Part shown: piece after piece, positions 39,201 to 51,830 of the stretch
Position numbering within the stretch: position 1 is the first letter of the stretch
Layout: every line of letters starts with the position of its first letter
Assembly (NCBI GenBank): GCA_965153455.1
Contig: OZ234493.1
Span: 12,390,213 to 12,454,212, forward strand
Origin: Sphagnum compactum
Lineage: Eukaryota
DNA length: 64,000 nucleotides
Reading direction: 5' to 3'
Notes under the pieces: generated by a model
What the model was told of the DNA's origin: nothing
The model's database searches: none
Seen by the model: the letters and a program-made list of their open reading frames with translations, nothing else
Made by a program: the position numbers and the translations under genes

Positions 39201-40581
39201 CCTTTTCCAAATATGAGAATTTTCACTTTGGTGGAAAGAGGAAGGCTCAAAGAAGACTTTAAAAAATGAACTTGAGGAAAAGATCTTGTGGGTGGGTGGG
39301 TGGGTGGGTGGGTGGGGGAAGGTTGAGGGGGGAAGGGGGAGGGGGTTAACCTTAAAGGACAAGCCCTTTGTGGGTGGGACTTAATTAAAAAAACCACCCA
39401 TTTGGGGCCACATATTTGCGTTACCAATAATAGAATAGAACACAAATGTTGTCCTTCAAAAGTCTAAATAGGCCATTGAAGTGAGACAAAGGTGGGGGCC
39501 ATCAAAATGGATGGTCAATGAAGTTAAGGTGAATATGTCCTCAAGTTAATTTCAAACACACAAACATAAAGAAAAAAGGGTCATTACCTATCTATTCTTT
39601 GTATACTATATGTAATAACTAGGGTTATGTTTTATGAGGGTTATTAGGTCAAGAATTAATTTGGAACTTGGTCACAAATGATTGTCACAAATTAAAGTGA
39701 CAAGCCCTAATTAGAGTCACAAATGGTCTTGTAGAGCCATGCAAGCAAGCATGATTTTGGAAAAAGCTTTCTTAATTAATTATATAACCAACTATGTTTG
39801 GCACTTCTTTGTAGAAGATTTATTTATTTATTTATTTATTTTAGAAAACAAGGTTTGGCAGTTTCAAATTTAATTTTCCAGCAATTTTGACAATAAAATT
39901 TTCTCTTTTGTTTTGGCTAGTGAATTTATTTTGTGCTCAACATCAGTCATAGGTACACTATCCCGTACCTAATGTATCTCATGCAAACTTGTTAAAATAT
40001 TATTAGGGTTTTGTTATGCGAGGCATGGCATTTTTTGAATGAGGATGTGATCATTTTAAATTTCACACATTACATGTTGTTTATTATTTTATTAAAAATT
40101 GACAAATAAATAGAAATTTTTCTCTAACATTGTACAAACAATAAAAAAAAAGGGTGGCCACGTGTACCAACTACATGGCTAACCCCCCTCCTCCCCAACC
40201 TCCCAAATTTATTTATTTGTTCAAAAAAAAAGAAAAAAAAATACTGACTTGAATTTTTTTCTTCACAAACTAACAACATGTCGGGTACTAGAGTTATCCG
40301 TAAAGTCACCCTGTCTTCACCCTCTCTTTGGGCCTGCTCTTTCACCCCCTATCCCCTCTTTCACTGGTATCTGCAAAGTAAGGAAATTTTGTTATCAGAA
40401 ATTTTGTTATCAGTATGAAATGCTGCTGAAACTCAGCATTTCATGCACAAAAGGTTCAAGAGTATTTATAATAGTTGTACATGTCGGAGCAGAGAAATAT
40501 ATGTAGCAGCAAGTGGAGGCGCTCAGGAAAAAGGAAAGATAGGATGAAACTCAGTTTACCACCACCAAAATTGGTGGAAAA

Positions 40582-41404
40582 ACTAGTTTGGGTCCCAGTT
40601 ATTTTGTTTTGTAAAATTTTCATTTTCCCACTTAGCGTTTGATGGCCTATTATGCCAAAACTGGCCGTTCTCGTCCCCTAGTAATCGCGTGACGTTCTGC
40701 ATACCCCAACTGGGTCTCAGCTTTGCCCAAAAGTGGGGACAAAATTTTAAAAACTTAGGATGAAAGCAGTAATACACAAGACAAAAGAGAGGAGGAAAAA
40801 AACTAGTTTTCTCACCTAAATTGGTCCTCCACAACTGAACAATTATTTATATCTTCATCATATGTGATTCATTTTGAGTGATTTAAAATGTTATGGAGTG
40901 CTACCTCAAGCGCTAGAAATCATCTTTGAAGTGCAAAGAGAATGGATCAATGAAAAAATAACAAGAAAAAACTAAGCTTTTCAACTTACAAAATGCCTTA
41001 TTATTATTATTTTTCACTTTGGATCCCTCCTACTTTCAAACCTCATAACTTTCTTATTTCTTATTTGTTTTAAATGATTTAAAATGTTATAAAAGCACCA
41101 ACTGAAATTCTACAAATCATCTTTGAACTCTAATAACAAACATAGCAACATACAAGGACTTTTTTTGAGTGTTCAGAAATCGACTTTTGTAATGTTCGAT
41201 GATTTGTCTTTTTGAGTTTTTGACCCTCTTTACTTTGGGGGACCATAACTTTCTCATTTCTAATCCGTTTTTGACAATTGTTAGTGGTGCCAAGAGGAGG
41301 GATTCAAGTTTTTCTTTGGACACTAGAAACACCGAAGCCCTCCCCTTGGATTCAGCCTGCCCTAAGCACTTAAGTGTTTGATCACCAGCCCGGTTTACCC
41401 TAGT
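40582..41404. mobile_element. Non-autonomous element with ACTAG...CTAGT ends (possibly Helitron-like)
   Basis: Starts ACTAGTTTGGGTCCCAG and ends CACTTAAGTG (palindrome)...CCGGTTTACCCTAG|T. Contains an internal duplicated TGATTTAAAATGTTAT...AAATCATCTTTGAA block. Classification is inferential. Confidence 0.4.
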
Positions 41405-43158
41405 AGCTTAAAAGGATTTTGGCCCCTAGATAATAATAAGTCTATTTTTATGTGCGGATTTTTGAAAGATGATATTAATTAGCAGAGCCATTAAGTGACA
41501 AACAAACAGCCCTTTTTTGTACTGGAAAAATTTCACCAAAAAGAGAAATTAAAAATTAAAAAATTGAAAATGAAATGTTTTTTGAGGGCTTCAAGTGCCA
41601 AAAGTGAGGGAAAAATTAGTAAAAATCATCACATTCTTTTAATAGTTGGTTTTGAGTGTGTAGCCATAAATATGGAAGATTGATTAAAGATTTGTACTGC
41701 ATATCTGGTTTGTAGCCAGATTTGGCTAAATCTTTTTAGGATGATCACCATTTTTTCTACATATTATTTCTATGGAGGATTGTCACTTTAAGCTACATTT
41801 AAAAAATAAATTAATTAATTAAATTAAAACCCATTGGCTTGTTTCAATTGGAAATCAACCATTTTGACCATTTTCATCATAAACCCGATTTGGGTATTTA
41901 TTTATATATGCTGCTTTCTTTCATGTTTTTCATCATTAACTAATTTCAGTATACATAGAATCCTTGTGCTTACTGATTAAATCATCAGTACCCACTAGCC
42001 CAATGATTCAAAATAATTTTCATCAAAGAAATTTTGGCAAAATAATTTCTCCAAATAAATAATTTCACAGAATTATTTTTAGAGTATTTTATTTTTTTTA
42101 AATAAACTCCAAAAACCCTTTTCTTTAATTTCATTCGAGAACCCATTACCCAACCCTAAAGGTTGAGCTTGAACTGAATTGAATGAATTTACATCATGTG
42201 TGTGCCAAGCACCTTGTCCATCCTCACAATCGCACTTGTTGTGCATTCACTCCCCAAAAAGAGCGGAATAAAATTTCTTGAATAATTTTCTTTCCTATTG
42301 GACCGTCATGTCATGTGTAAAAAATATCACTAGGTTTCTCTATTGGGAATATAACCAAAAATGTGAAATATCTTAAATTTTTTGCTTTCATGTCTTCTTT
42401 ATAGCCAAAATTTGGCTAAACTATGTTATAGATGATCACTAGTTCAGCTAGATCTCAAATATGAGCACCTTATGGATGATCTCTAGTTCGGCCACATGTG
42501 CTCAAATTGGGATATTAAATGAGTTGAATTTGAAATCCATTAGTTTAAATTATTTTTTAAACAAGCGTTTTAAGAGCCTAGCTCACTTTAAGTACTACTC
42601 ATCAAGGCATCGTAAAACAAGCGATGTGTCACACTGTGACCTTGCCATTTACATTAATTAAAAGGTATCTTAAGGCAAAAGAAGAATTACAAAAACCCAA
42701 ATATTTCACCATGCAAAAATATATTAATCTTCAAACAATCCTCTAAAAGAGACCAAAATCCTTCAAAATATTAGAACTCCATAACTAATCTCAAGTTTCA
42801 ATGCAAGCCAAAATATCATCTTTCGAAAATCCTCATATCAAAATAAACCGAATAATTTGGGGCCTATAAAAATCCCTTAAGCTACTGTATTCTATAATGA
42901 ATCTAAACACAATATCCTTCTTGCCTTGGTAGCCAAGGCCAACAAATGGATTGCAATCTTAAACCACAACCTCAATATGTCGTTGGAAAAATAAACCTTG
43001 AGTAAAGGATTATTGGAATCATGCATTTTGGAACAAATTGAACAATTTATTAAGGCTCAGTTCATTATAATAAGGCTCAGTTCAAGGGTCCCTTACAGTG
43101 TTAGGTGCTTCTACCTTATGATACTATTGTTTGACAAATTGTATTTACATATGTGTTA

Positions 43159-43550
43159 GAACATCTTCAGCGGTGCTCAGTATATGATACTGCAAAGTAA
43201 AATTTGGTGAAGGAAAGTCAAAAAAATGTGTTGGTTTGGCTCAGCGAAATGGTTTTTGGCTCACCAGACAGAATTGCGCACTTTGCGGTGGCTGGTAAAA
43301 GGCGCAAGCAAGCAAGCAACACTGTGCACCTGCGAAAAAGAGTGTACTAAATATGATCTGACTACTACAAATTGGCCCATCATGATGATGATGATGGGTC
43401 CAGGTGGTTTGCTATTAGTAGTGCCCCACCTATTTGCTGTCTGTCCCAGTTTCAGTTTTATAGGTGGGGTTGCAAAAGAGGAAAAAAACTAAACTTGGAT
43501 GTGAAAAATATTTTTGCAGGGTCACATACTGAGCACTGCTGGAGATGGTT
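43159..43550. mobile_element. MITE with GAGCATCTCC-type long TIRs
   Basis: Left end GAACATCTTCAGCGGTGCTCAGTATATGATACTGCAAA is an imperfect inverse of the right end TTTGCAGGGTCACATACTGAGCACTGCTGGAGATGGTT. The right half is also present at about 18360-18511, ending GGAGATGCTC-TTA. Confidence 0.7.
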
Positions 43551-44196
43551 GAAGAGTTATTCATTTATGAATGAATCTTAAATCATCTTTTTTCACACAC
43601 ACACACACACCCCCCTTCTTGGTGCCCCATACTTGGGCCTCTACAAGTGTTTACAAATAAGGAGTCAAGGAGCAAACACCACAAAGTACACATATTACAT
43701 TTTTTGGCGGGTGAACTTTTGCATTATGGTGACAATTCTTTTTTTTATGGGAAATTTCTTTATAATGCAAGTTCAAAAAAAACTGCTAAAATTTTTAAAA
43801 AATTGAGAAAAAAATTACCAAATTTTCAAACCCGAAAAAAAAAAAAGCCACCCCCTGATTTTACTCGTGTAAGAAGTGAAATTAGATTGAGATTTATTAT
43901 TATTATTATTCTTGTCATGAAGTTTGAAGAATTATCAGCTCATACAAAATCGAACAATTTTTGGACAATGGAAATCGTCACCCAAAGTACGAGAAGAGGC
44001 TCAACTTTCTTTCAACCAACGGTGAGGATGAACTTTCAACTCTTGAGCATATTTGCGCTTACAAGTTACTCCCTGGGATACGAGCCTGACCAGATAGAAC
44101 TATTGTTTAGTCTGCACACTCACAATTTATATAATATGGTTTTGTTGGCCTTGCCTACCATAGCAAGGATATTGTGTTTAGATTCATTATAGAGTA

Positions 44197-44483
44197 TAGT
44201 AGCTTAATGGATTTTGGCCCCTAGGTTTTAATAATAATAGGTCTATTTTTATATGAGGATTTTTGAAACATGATGATATTTTGACTTGTGTTGAAACTTG
44301 AGATTATTATTAGCTATAGAGTTCTAATATCTTGAAGGATTTTGGTTTCGTTTAGAGGATTTTTTTTTAAAGATTATTATACTTTTGGCATGGTGAAATG
44401 TTTGAGTTTCCATAATTCTTCTTCTTTTGCCTTAAGGTACCTTTTTAATGTAAATGGCAAGGCCCACATTGTGACACACCCCT
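44197..44483 (-). repeat. Copy of the about 290-bp dispersed repeat
   Basis: Reverse complement of 5335-5631. The spurious peptide LSFHNSSSFALRYLFNVNGKAHIVTHP is shared between the two ORFs. Confidence 0.85.
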
Positions 44484-44601
44484 ATGTTTGTTTTCCCTTT
44501 GCAGTTTGGCTGACTAAATCATGGACCTACCACATGGGAACAGACCAAAGTGTTGGCCAGTACCATTCTCAGTCCATGCAAGTGATCTCGTATTGGGCCG
44601 A

Positions 44602-44975
44602 ATGGGTATCACCAATATAATGTAAAAATTGTTACACCAGACGGTCCATGTGAACAACCATCCAAGTGCATATGGGTATCGCCCATATAATGTAAACTTG
44701 CTACACCAGTCGGTCCATGTGAACGACCATAAAAGTGCATATGGGTATCATCGCCCATATAATGTAAACTTGCTACACCAGATGGTCCATGTGAACAACC
44801 ATCCAAGTGCATGTGGGTATCCCCCATATAATGTAAACTTGCTACACCAGATGGATGGTCCATGTGAACAACCATCCAAGTGCATGTGGGTATCGCCCAT
44901 CTAATGTAAACTTGCTACACCAGATGGTCCATGTGAACAACCATCCAAGTGCATATGGGTATCACCAATATAATG
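44602..44975. repeat. 69-bp tandem repeat, about 5.3 copies
   Basis: Unit TGGGTATCGCCCATATAATGTAAACTTGCTACACCAGATGGTCCATGTGAACAACCATCCAAGTGCATA. Confidence 0.95.
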
Positions 44976-45605
44976 GTAGAAAGGCTATATACTCTATTCG
45001 TTGTTTTTTGAATCAAATCGAAAAACTTGAATGATTTCATTCAAAATGCAAACAACAATATAACAACTTGATCACATGGGGTTAACTTGTCCAAACCTGG
45101 TGGCCACACTACAAGTCTTTACTTCCATCTTCCAAGAAGAAATGAGATAAGAACAACAACAAGGAGCATAAAAATATATATATACGATGATATGCACACT
45201 TGTAGTGCAAGACTTTTTTTAAGACTAACTTACTTCTTCAATATGATCTCACATCTCAATTCAAAGGCTACATGTATAAGAGTAGCAACAAAGTCGTTTA
45301 CTTAACTTCAATCGAAATGAGACAAGAAAGAGCATAACAAATTGTTGAGATGCATCATCCAACAGACACGAAGTCAAAAGCCACTGACATAGAAGAAGAT
45401 ATATATATATGTATAATAAAGCTTCATGAGATTCAGGAATCCAAGTTTTCTTTCTCAATTCTGACACCGTCTCTCTCTCTCCCATGTTGTTCCTTAAATC
45501 TTGACTCCCTAGATCAGCTCCACCGTCAGCTGTAAAATGACAATGTGCATTGTACTTTGGATAGACCATTTTCAATCAAATTCCTTTGAAAGATGGGGGT
45601 TGGAG

Positions 45606-48600
45606 TAGTGTTGGGTGGTTCTCACTTTTTTTCATTTTTTCTTTTTTTGGGGGTGAGAATTGATAGTTCCAGTTCTCACATCATCTTATGAGAACTTGAT
45701 CAATTCTCTTATATATATGTAAATGGGTTGGTGAAAATAAAAAAGGGTATCAAAAAAATTAATTTTTTCAAACTCACCTGATTTATAGACAAGGTGGTTC
45801 TCACATATGTAATATCAGTCGATTTTGACAACCTGGTTATTAAATTTTTTAATTCAAAATTTATATTTTCATCCTTTTCAAAAGCTCCTTACAACTTTTC
45901 TAAGTCTTCCTCTAAATTTGTAGAGTCTCAATTAAACCTACCAAGCTAAAAGGGGCTTTATAACCTATTTTAGAATCATAGGGTCAATTTTTGTTAACAA
46001 AAATCAATTTGTTCAATTTTTTTGATTGTAAATGGCATCTCCTAAAATTAACAAGGATTCCACTCAATGAAAAAATGATCCTCTTTATCTCAATTTGGGA
46101 TCTAAGTATCCCTAAGATTTGTTTAGCACAGAAACCAACTGTAGGGAACATATTCTCATGTTTTTCCCATCATTGAAGTGGACATTTGATGTTTTCAACA
46201 TACACTTGATAGCGCTTAAAAATTAGAGGCTCTCTATTGATCAGTTTCATTGATGGTTCAATTGTATTGGCTATCATCTCAAAAATATCCAAACTATTGT
46301 CCTTCTCAATCCTCTATTCAACAACACCCTTTTCATATCCAACCAAAGGATGCAAATGATAATCACACTTAAAAAGCATAAGGATGAATTATCATATTTT
46401 TCAACGATGGCCTTTCTATATTCACACCAATAAGTGAGGACATAAAACAAAAGATCTTAAACCTAGGGTCTTTAAACTTAAGGTCCAACATCAAAAAAAA
46501 CATATTATGAAATATTTATTTTTTTTCATATTTTTTTTAAAAGGAAAGAAAATAATCTAAAACCGTAACAACTTTTTTTTTTAATGTTGGAAACCAAACA
46601 TGGTAACTAAGAAACAACATTTGCATCTTCTTCCATTAAGTTGTCAAAGGTTGCAAATCAATTTCATCCTTGAATTTTATATTCATGGATATGGCAAAGT
46701 TTAATGCATCACTTAACAACCAATGACTTTTAGACTAATTCAGAATACAAGCAAATACAACAAGGCCAAGAGAACAACAAAATAATTTAAAATATGTGTC
46801 ATGTCAATGGAGGTGGTATTCTTGCACTTAATCTCATAGAATTTTACTTGTTGTAACATAGTATAATAGTTTCTTTAAACTACAAAGCTTGCTGGAAAAG
46901 GATAACTTTATTAGCAAATCTACAAAAGCAAAAAAAAAAAATGTTAGACTATGCATGGCAAATTTAAAAGAAAATATAAACAAAAAAATCATATAAAAAT
47001 AAAAAGTTATTTTGTTGTCATTGGAGTATGCAATTTCCTTGGGGGAAGACTTGAATTGACACATGCCTTCTCCCATTCTTGCCCACCTTTTCTTGATTTT
47101 TTTGGCTAAATTATGCACTTTTGCAAATATCTAGGGGTAGCTTTGATAAATACATATCTTAACCCTTTGCGAACTTTGTATCTATTGTTGCATATTGGCA
47201 CGTTTTGGAAAATGCATGACCAAAACAAATTCCTGAAAACTTTCTTCTAAACCCAACACACCACAACTTACAATTGATTTTAAGGCTGCAATCATAATGT
47301 TTAGATTAAATCCCTCATCCTTAACATAAGCAACAATTTTCTTTCTTAACTCATAAATGTTCAACAATTTTATCAAATTTCTACTCAAGTTTTGTCTACT
47401 AATATTTGTTGCCAATCAACCCTTAAAAAATTGATCATCAATGCAAAAATATCATGTCCACCTTTTAACATCCATAGGTCAAAGCTTGTAATTGCATGAC
47501 ATCATGTTAAAGTTGGCAAAACTTACAATTGTTTAGTTTTTTTCACTAAACCAAGCATTGATTCATGAAAATTTCTTTTCTAGAACGAAAGATAATTCTT
47601 AGACACAAATGCATATTAAATCATTTCAACCAAATACCTTCCACAAACTGTAAAGGAAGATGGTTTTCAACAATTAAAAAGCCCAAGTCCTCCAAATTTT
47701 GATTTTGTTGCAAATCATTTTTCTTGACAGGTTCCTTTGCAACAAAAATATTGGATATGGAACTAGGAGTCATATTTAATCTTTTTTTTAAAAAGGTTCT
47801 CTTTCATTTTCTCTCAAAAAATTGTTCACTTCTTTTTCATTTTTAAAAAAAAATTAGATTGGTCCACAATTACATTTTGTTCAATGTAGTAATTCCATTA
47901 GTTGTGTTATATATGTTTAGTCCTCTTCTTGCTTGAATTTTTGGATTTAAATTCAAAACCAAAACTATTGTAACAAAAAATTCAACGCATGATTTGAGGA
48001 GTTATTAAATCAACTTTGTTGTTATCATTAACACATAAAAATGCCCAACATAATGCATTTATACTATGTAATTTCCAAAATAATCAACTTTCTCAAATTT
48101 TCTTTCATGATCTCTTCATTTTCTTAAAAATTTATGTTTCCTTCACTTTGACACTTACATTTTCTTTTGGTTCTTGCAAATGTTCATTTTCCATCCTTGC
48201 TTCATTCATGAATATATCACATGTATTTTCATTTTCAAAAGATTATTTCATGTTTAGTTTGAAGTTACAAATTATTGCCCTAATGAATAGTGAAAAAAAT
48301 AAAAATAAATATATATATATATATATATATATGATTTATCAAAACCAACATTTACAAGGTTAGATTTTTATCCAAAACATTTACAAAAAAAATACAAATT
48401 GTAATCGAGTTTTGGATTGAAATGTAGAAAAACATGAAAATAAAGAAAAATCCTGCAAAAAAATATTAATTTTTTTAAAAAATGGATTTTTTTTTAGCAA
48501 AACAAACAAAACAAAAAAAATTAACACAAAATATGAGAAAATAAAACTCACCTCAAGTCTATGGACTAGTTTGGTGTTCCAAGCTTTGACTTACACAAGG

Positions 48601-49014
48601 CAAGAAGGGAGGAAGTACCAAACTAACAAAGGAAAAAATAACAACACCAACGTGCACAAGCACAAACAATGCAAAAAGAACAAGCAAAATAAACAAACAA
48701 AGTCGCAAAGAAAAAAACTTGTGCTCTTTTTATGATTGTTCCTTTAAACCTAACCTTAAACAATGCCTCTGCTTCTTTAATTAGTGGCTATTGTTTGGGA
48801 ACTCTAATTTACCATATGACCTTGAAAACGAAATGTAGGTTCTATGAGAAAACCTATTCAATTCTCAATTTAAAAAATAAATAAATAAATGGTTTTCATG
48901 ATTGGTTCTCATTCATGTGAGAACTTAAAACTAGTTCTCACTTCGACTTTCACATGTAATGATGCCAACTTGTTCTCATTTTGAGAACAATGAGAACTCT
49001 CAATGCCAACCCTT
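45606..49014 (-). mobile_element. Degenerate hAT DNA transposon with GAGAAC/GTTCTC subterminal repeats
   Basis: Minus-strand AITSFDLWMLKGGHDIFALMINFL (about 47420-47495), YVKDEGFNL, DPRFK (about 46460). Clusters of GGTTCTCA/TGAGAAC at both ends and imperfect TAGTGTTGG / CCAACCCT termini. No TSD recognised. Confidence 0.75.
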
Positions 49015-51591
49015 GATTTTTTATTCTAGTGATGAGAATTTTGAAAATTTGGTATATGGGTGATTTTCTATAATCTTTCGTAGGCTCCTTATTGATTTTG
49101 CATAATCCTTTGTACTATGGTTGGCCTTGGACAATTCTCAAAACATTTCCAACTATAACTACTTCGATTTCAAGCTTAAGTACTTCACTTCCTTCTTAAT
49201 AACTACCTTTTATCCTTATAATTATTTCATTCTTTTCTTAATAATTATTTCTTATCTTTATAACTATTTCACCACTTTCCATATCCACCAACATGGGTAT
49301 GAAAAGGTAAATTAAAATGTGCCTTTTCATGCCCATGATATTTATATTAATTGAAATTAAATTTGACATTGACATAAATAATGATGAATTATTGATAATC
49401 ATATGAAAACATAATAAAAGGGAAAATTGTCACCGATAGTGCGTAGCAATGTGGAGCCCAAGTAGGATATATAGGTGTATATCTCGTGATGACCACTTGG
49501 TGAAACCCCACTTTAATTGTGATTCAGTAAGTCCTAAAAACCTCATACTCACCTTCTTGTCCAACTTGACAATTTAAAATTTGAAAGATTTGGCCCATCT
49601 CCATTTCAACACCGAAATTAGCCAAGGTTCTTTGAATGAAACTCAAATTGCGAATGAGTTTGAAAACCATTGCTTCGTTGGGGTTCTTTGAATGAAACTC
49701 AACTTACATGGCATTTGAAACTTGTTGATTTTTTTAAGAGGTTTAGGGGTTTTTGTTTTTAGTTTTTGAATTTGAGGTTTGAACGTCATTGAAAGAGCGG
49801 GAGTGCAACCAATAGCTACAAATTTGCACTTGGATTTGCTCTTGAATGCAAACCTTGGAATGGCAAGAGCAAGTGCTTTTGTTTACATTTTCACTCAACT
49901 ATGGCAAGTGCATCCAATGAAGGAAAGAATTTTTGAAAGGGTGTGTTTTGTGTCTTGTTATCTCTTGTGCATCATGTGTCTTGTGTTTAGTTGTGTAGTC
50001 TTTTTTCCTCTTTTTAGCAAACTCAAGATGTAATATGCAATTGTAAGTTGCCTTTCCATGTTTTTCTTTCGCTACCACCATCTAGGCATGTTTGTACACC
50101 ATCTCGGATCACCATTCTCTCATATCACTACTTGTGACTCTCTACTCTCCAACTTTGATTCCTCATAGCTAGCTACTTGCAACTTTTTATTCTCTCCCTT
50201 CGACTTCAATTCCTTCTAGTTTTATGAATGGATTTTTTATTTGTGCACTTGTTGGTTTTGTAAGCTTTGGATTTTGGACTACTTGAGTGGGAGGAAAAGC
50301 TTCATTGATACAAGGCTTCATTTTAGAGAACCTTATTGGATGGATTTGTAAATTGTGCATTTGTGATTTGCAAGCTCTAACTTTTGAAGTAATTTTTGGC
50401 TCTTCTAATGTGCCATTGAAAGATGGCTGATTTCAAAGTGCTTTGCCAAAAAAATGGTTCATGCAACTGACCAAGTTTCTCTAAAAAAACCTAACCTAAA
50501 GAAACACCCTTTTCAACTTCAATTATCAACAAACTACATCCAGGTCACATTCTTTACTTGAGAACTTTCAGAACCTCTTAATATAACTAGTGGAGCTTTT
50601 GTAACCCTCAAAATTTGTCCAATTTTGCATGTTTATGGATGAGAATTTGGAAACAATTAACACTATGTTGAATGCAATAAACATTGGTAGACACCCAAAT
50701 CAGGGTTGTGGGTGGAAGTGCTCTAAAAGACATGATACATCAGGCTGAGTGAGTCATTTATCACTTTGCTTTTGAGCACAACAATGAACAAGTGGCTCAT
50801 CATGCAATGGCTCATCGCTATGCGCTTTGTGTCAGGTTGAAACAAAATCATGAAAGATGTTGGAATTGTGTAATGGGGTCAAGTGATTCCGGAATGTGGC
50901 AAAGAGTGGACCAGCACTTACCAGTGCAGGATGTTCAAATTCAAGCCAAAACTTCATCCCCAAGTCTTCCATCAATCTGAAGTCTCTTCCCTCGGTGGCA
51001 AAGCCAAATGAACATGAACAAATAAGAGGAGAGAGACCATTGGGCGTCAATTTCATGTAGACAATTTTTATCACATCTAGGATTCATCACACTACCTTCC
51101 TAGTGGTTTTTGATTTCATGGATTCAAGCTAGATTGTTAGGCAAAAAACTATGAAGGCAAAAAAATACTATGTCAGTTCCATCACATTTTGTGGCTTTTG
51201 GAAAATAGGACATAGTTACATGTAACTAGGGCATAATTTTAGGGCATATGGCCAACAAAGCATCACCCTCTTTCTATGTCCCTTATCTACAGTGGAAGTG
51301 ACATGGCTTCAAATTGGACAATTTTTCTTTAAGGAGCATAAACATAGAGATGAAAAAAACCAACATCCTTTTTGACAAAAATCTTGCATCTTCTCTTTAG
51401 ATGTAAAAACGAGCCCTTGCCCGGTTTAACCAGCACACTTATAGGTGAGGCACATTACTTCTGATGTTGGTCGGTTTTGAGTTCTGAGCTGATTCCCAGT
51501 CCATTCCGCAGTCCAATTTGGTTCTCAGTTTGAGTTAAGGGGTGTTTGAATGACAAGTTGAACATTTTGAAGAATTGGAACCACATTCCTG

Positions 51592-51830
51592 TGGAACCAA
51601 AACCACATGTAGAACCAGCCTCTGGCCAGAACTGGAATCTGACAGTTGACACTTGTCAACCTAAAATCTAAAATGAAAACCAACCTCCTGTACGTAGTGG
51701 AATGTGGCACTAAAACCAGCATGCCTCCCATTAGATTCAGAACCAAAACCACCCTTAGAACCAGCCTCCTGCCAGAAATGGAATCTGACACTAAAGCCAA
51801 CCTACCTCCTGTTAGATTCAGAACCAAAAC
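51592..51830. repeat. Degenerate tandem repeat (AGAACCAAAACC...AGAACCAGCCTC...TGGAATCTGACA)
   Basis: Two to three imperfect copies; TTAGATTCAGAACCAAAACC occurs twice exactly. Confidence 0.7.

Noticed and set aside
43647..44192. 181-aa ORF
   Set aside because: It runs through poly-A tracts and dispersed repeats and has no recognisable motifs.
44602..44975. CRISPR-like array with palindromic repeats
   Set aside because: There are no unique spacers (whole 69-bp units repeat), no cas genes, and the context is eukaryotic.
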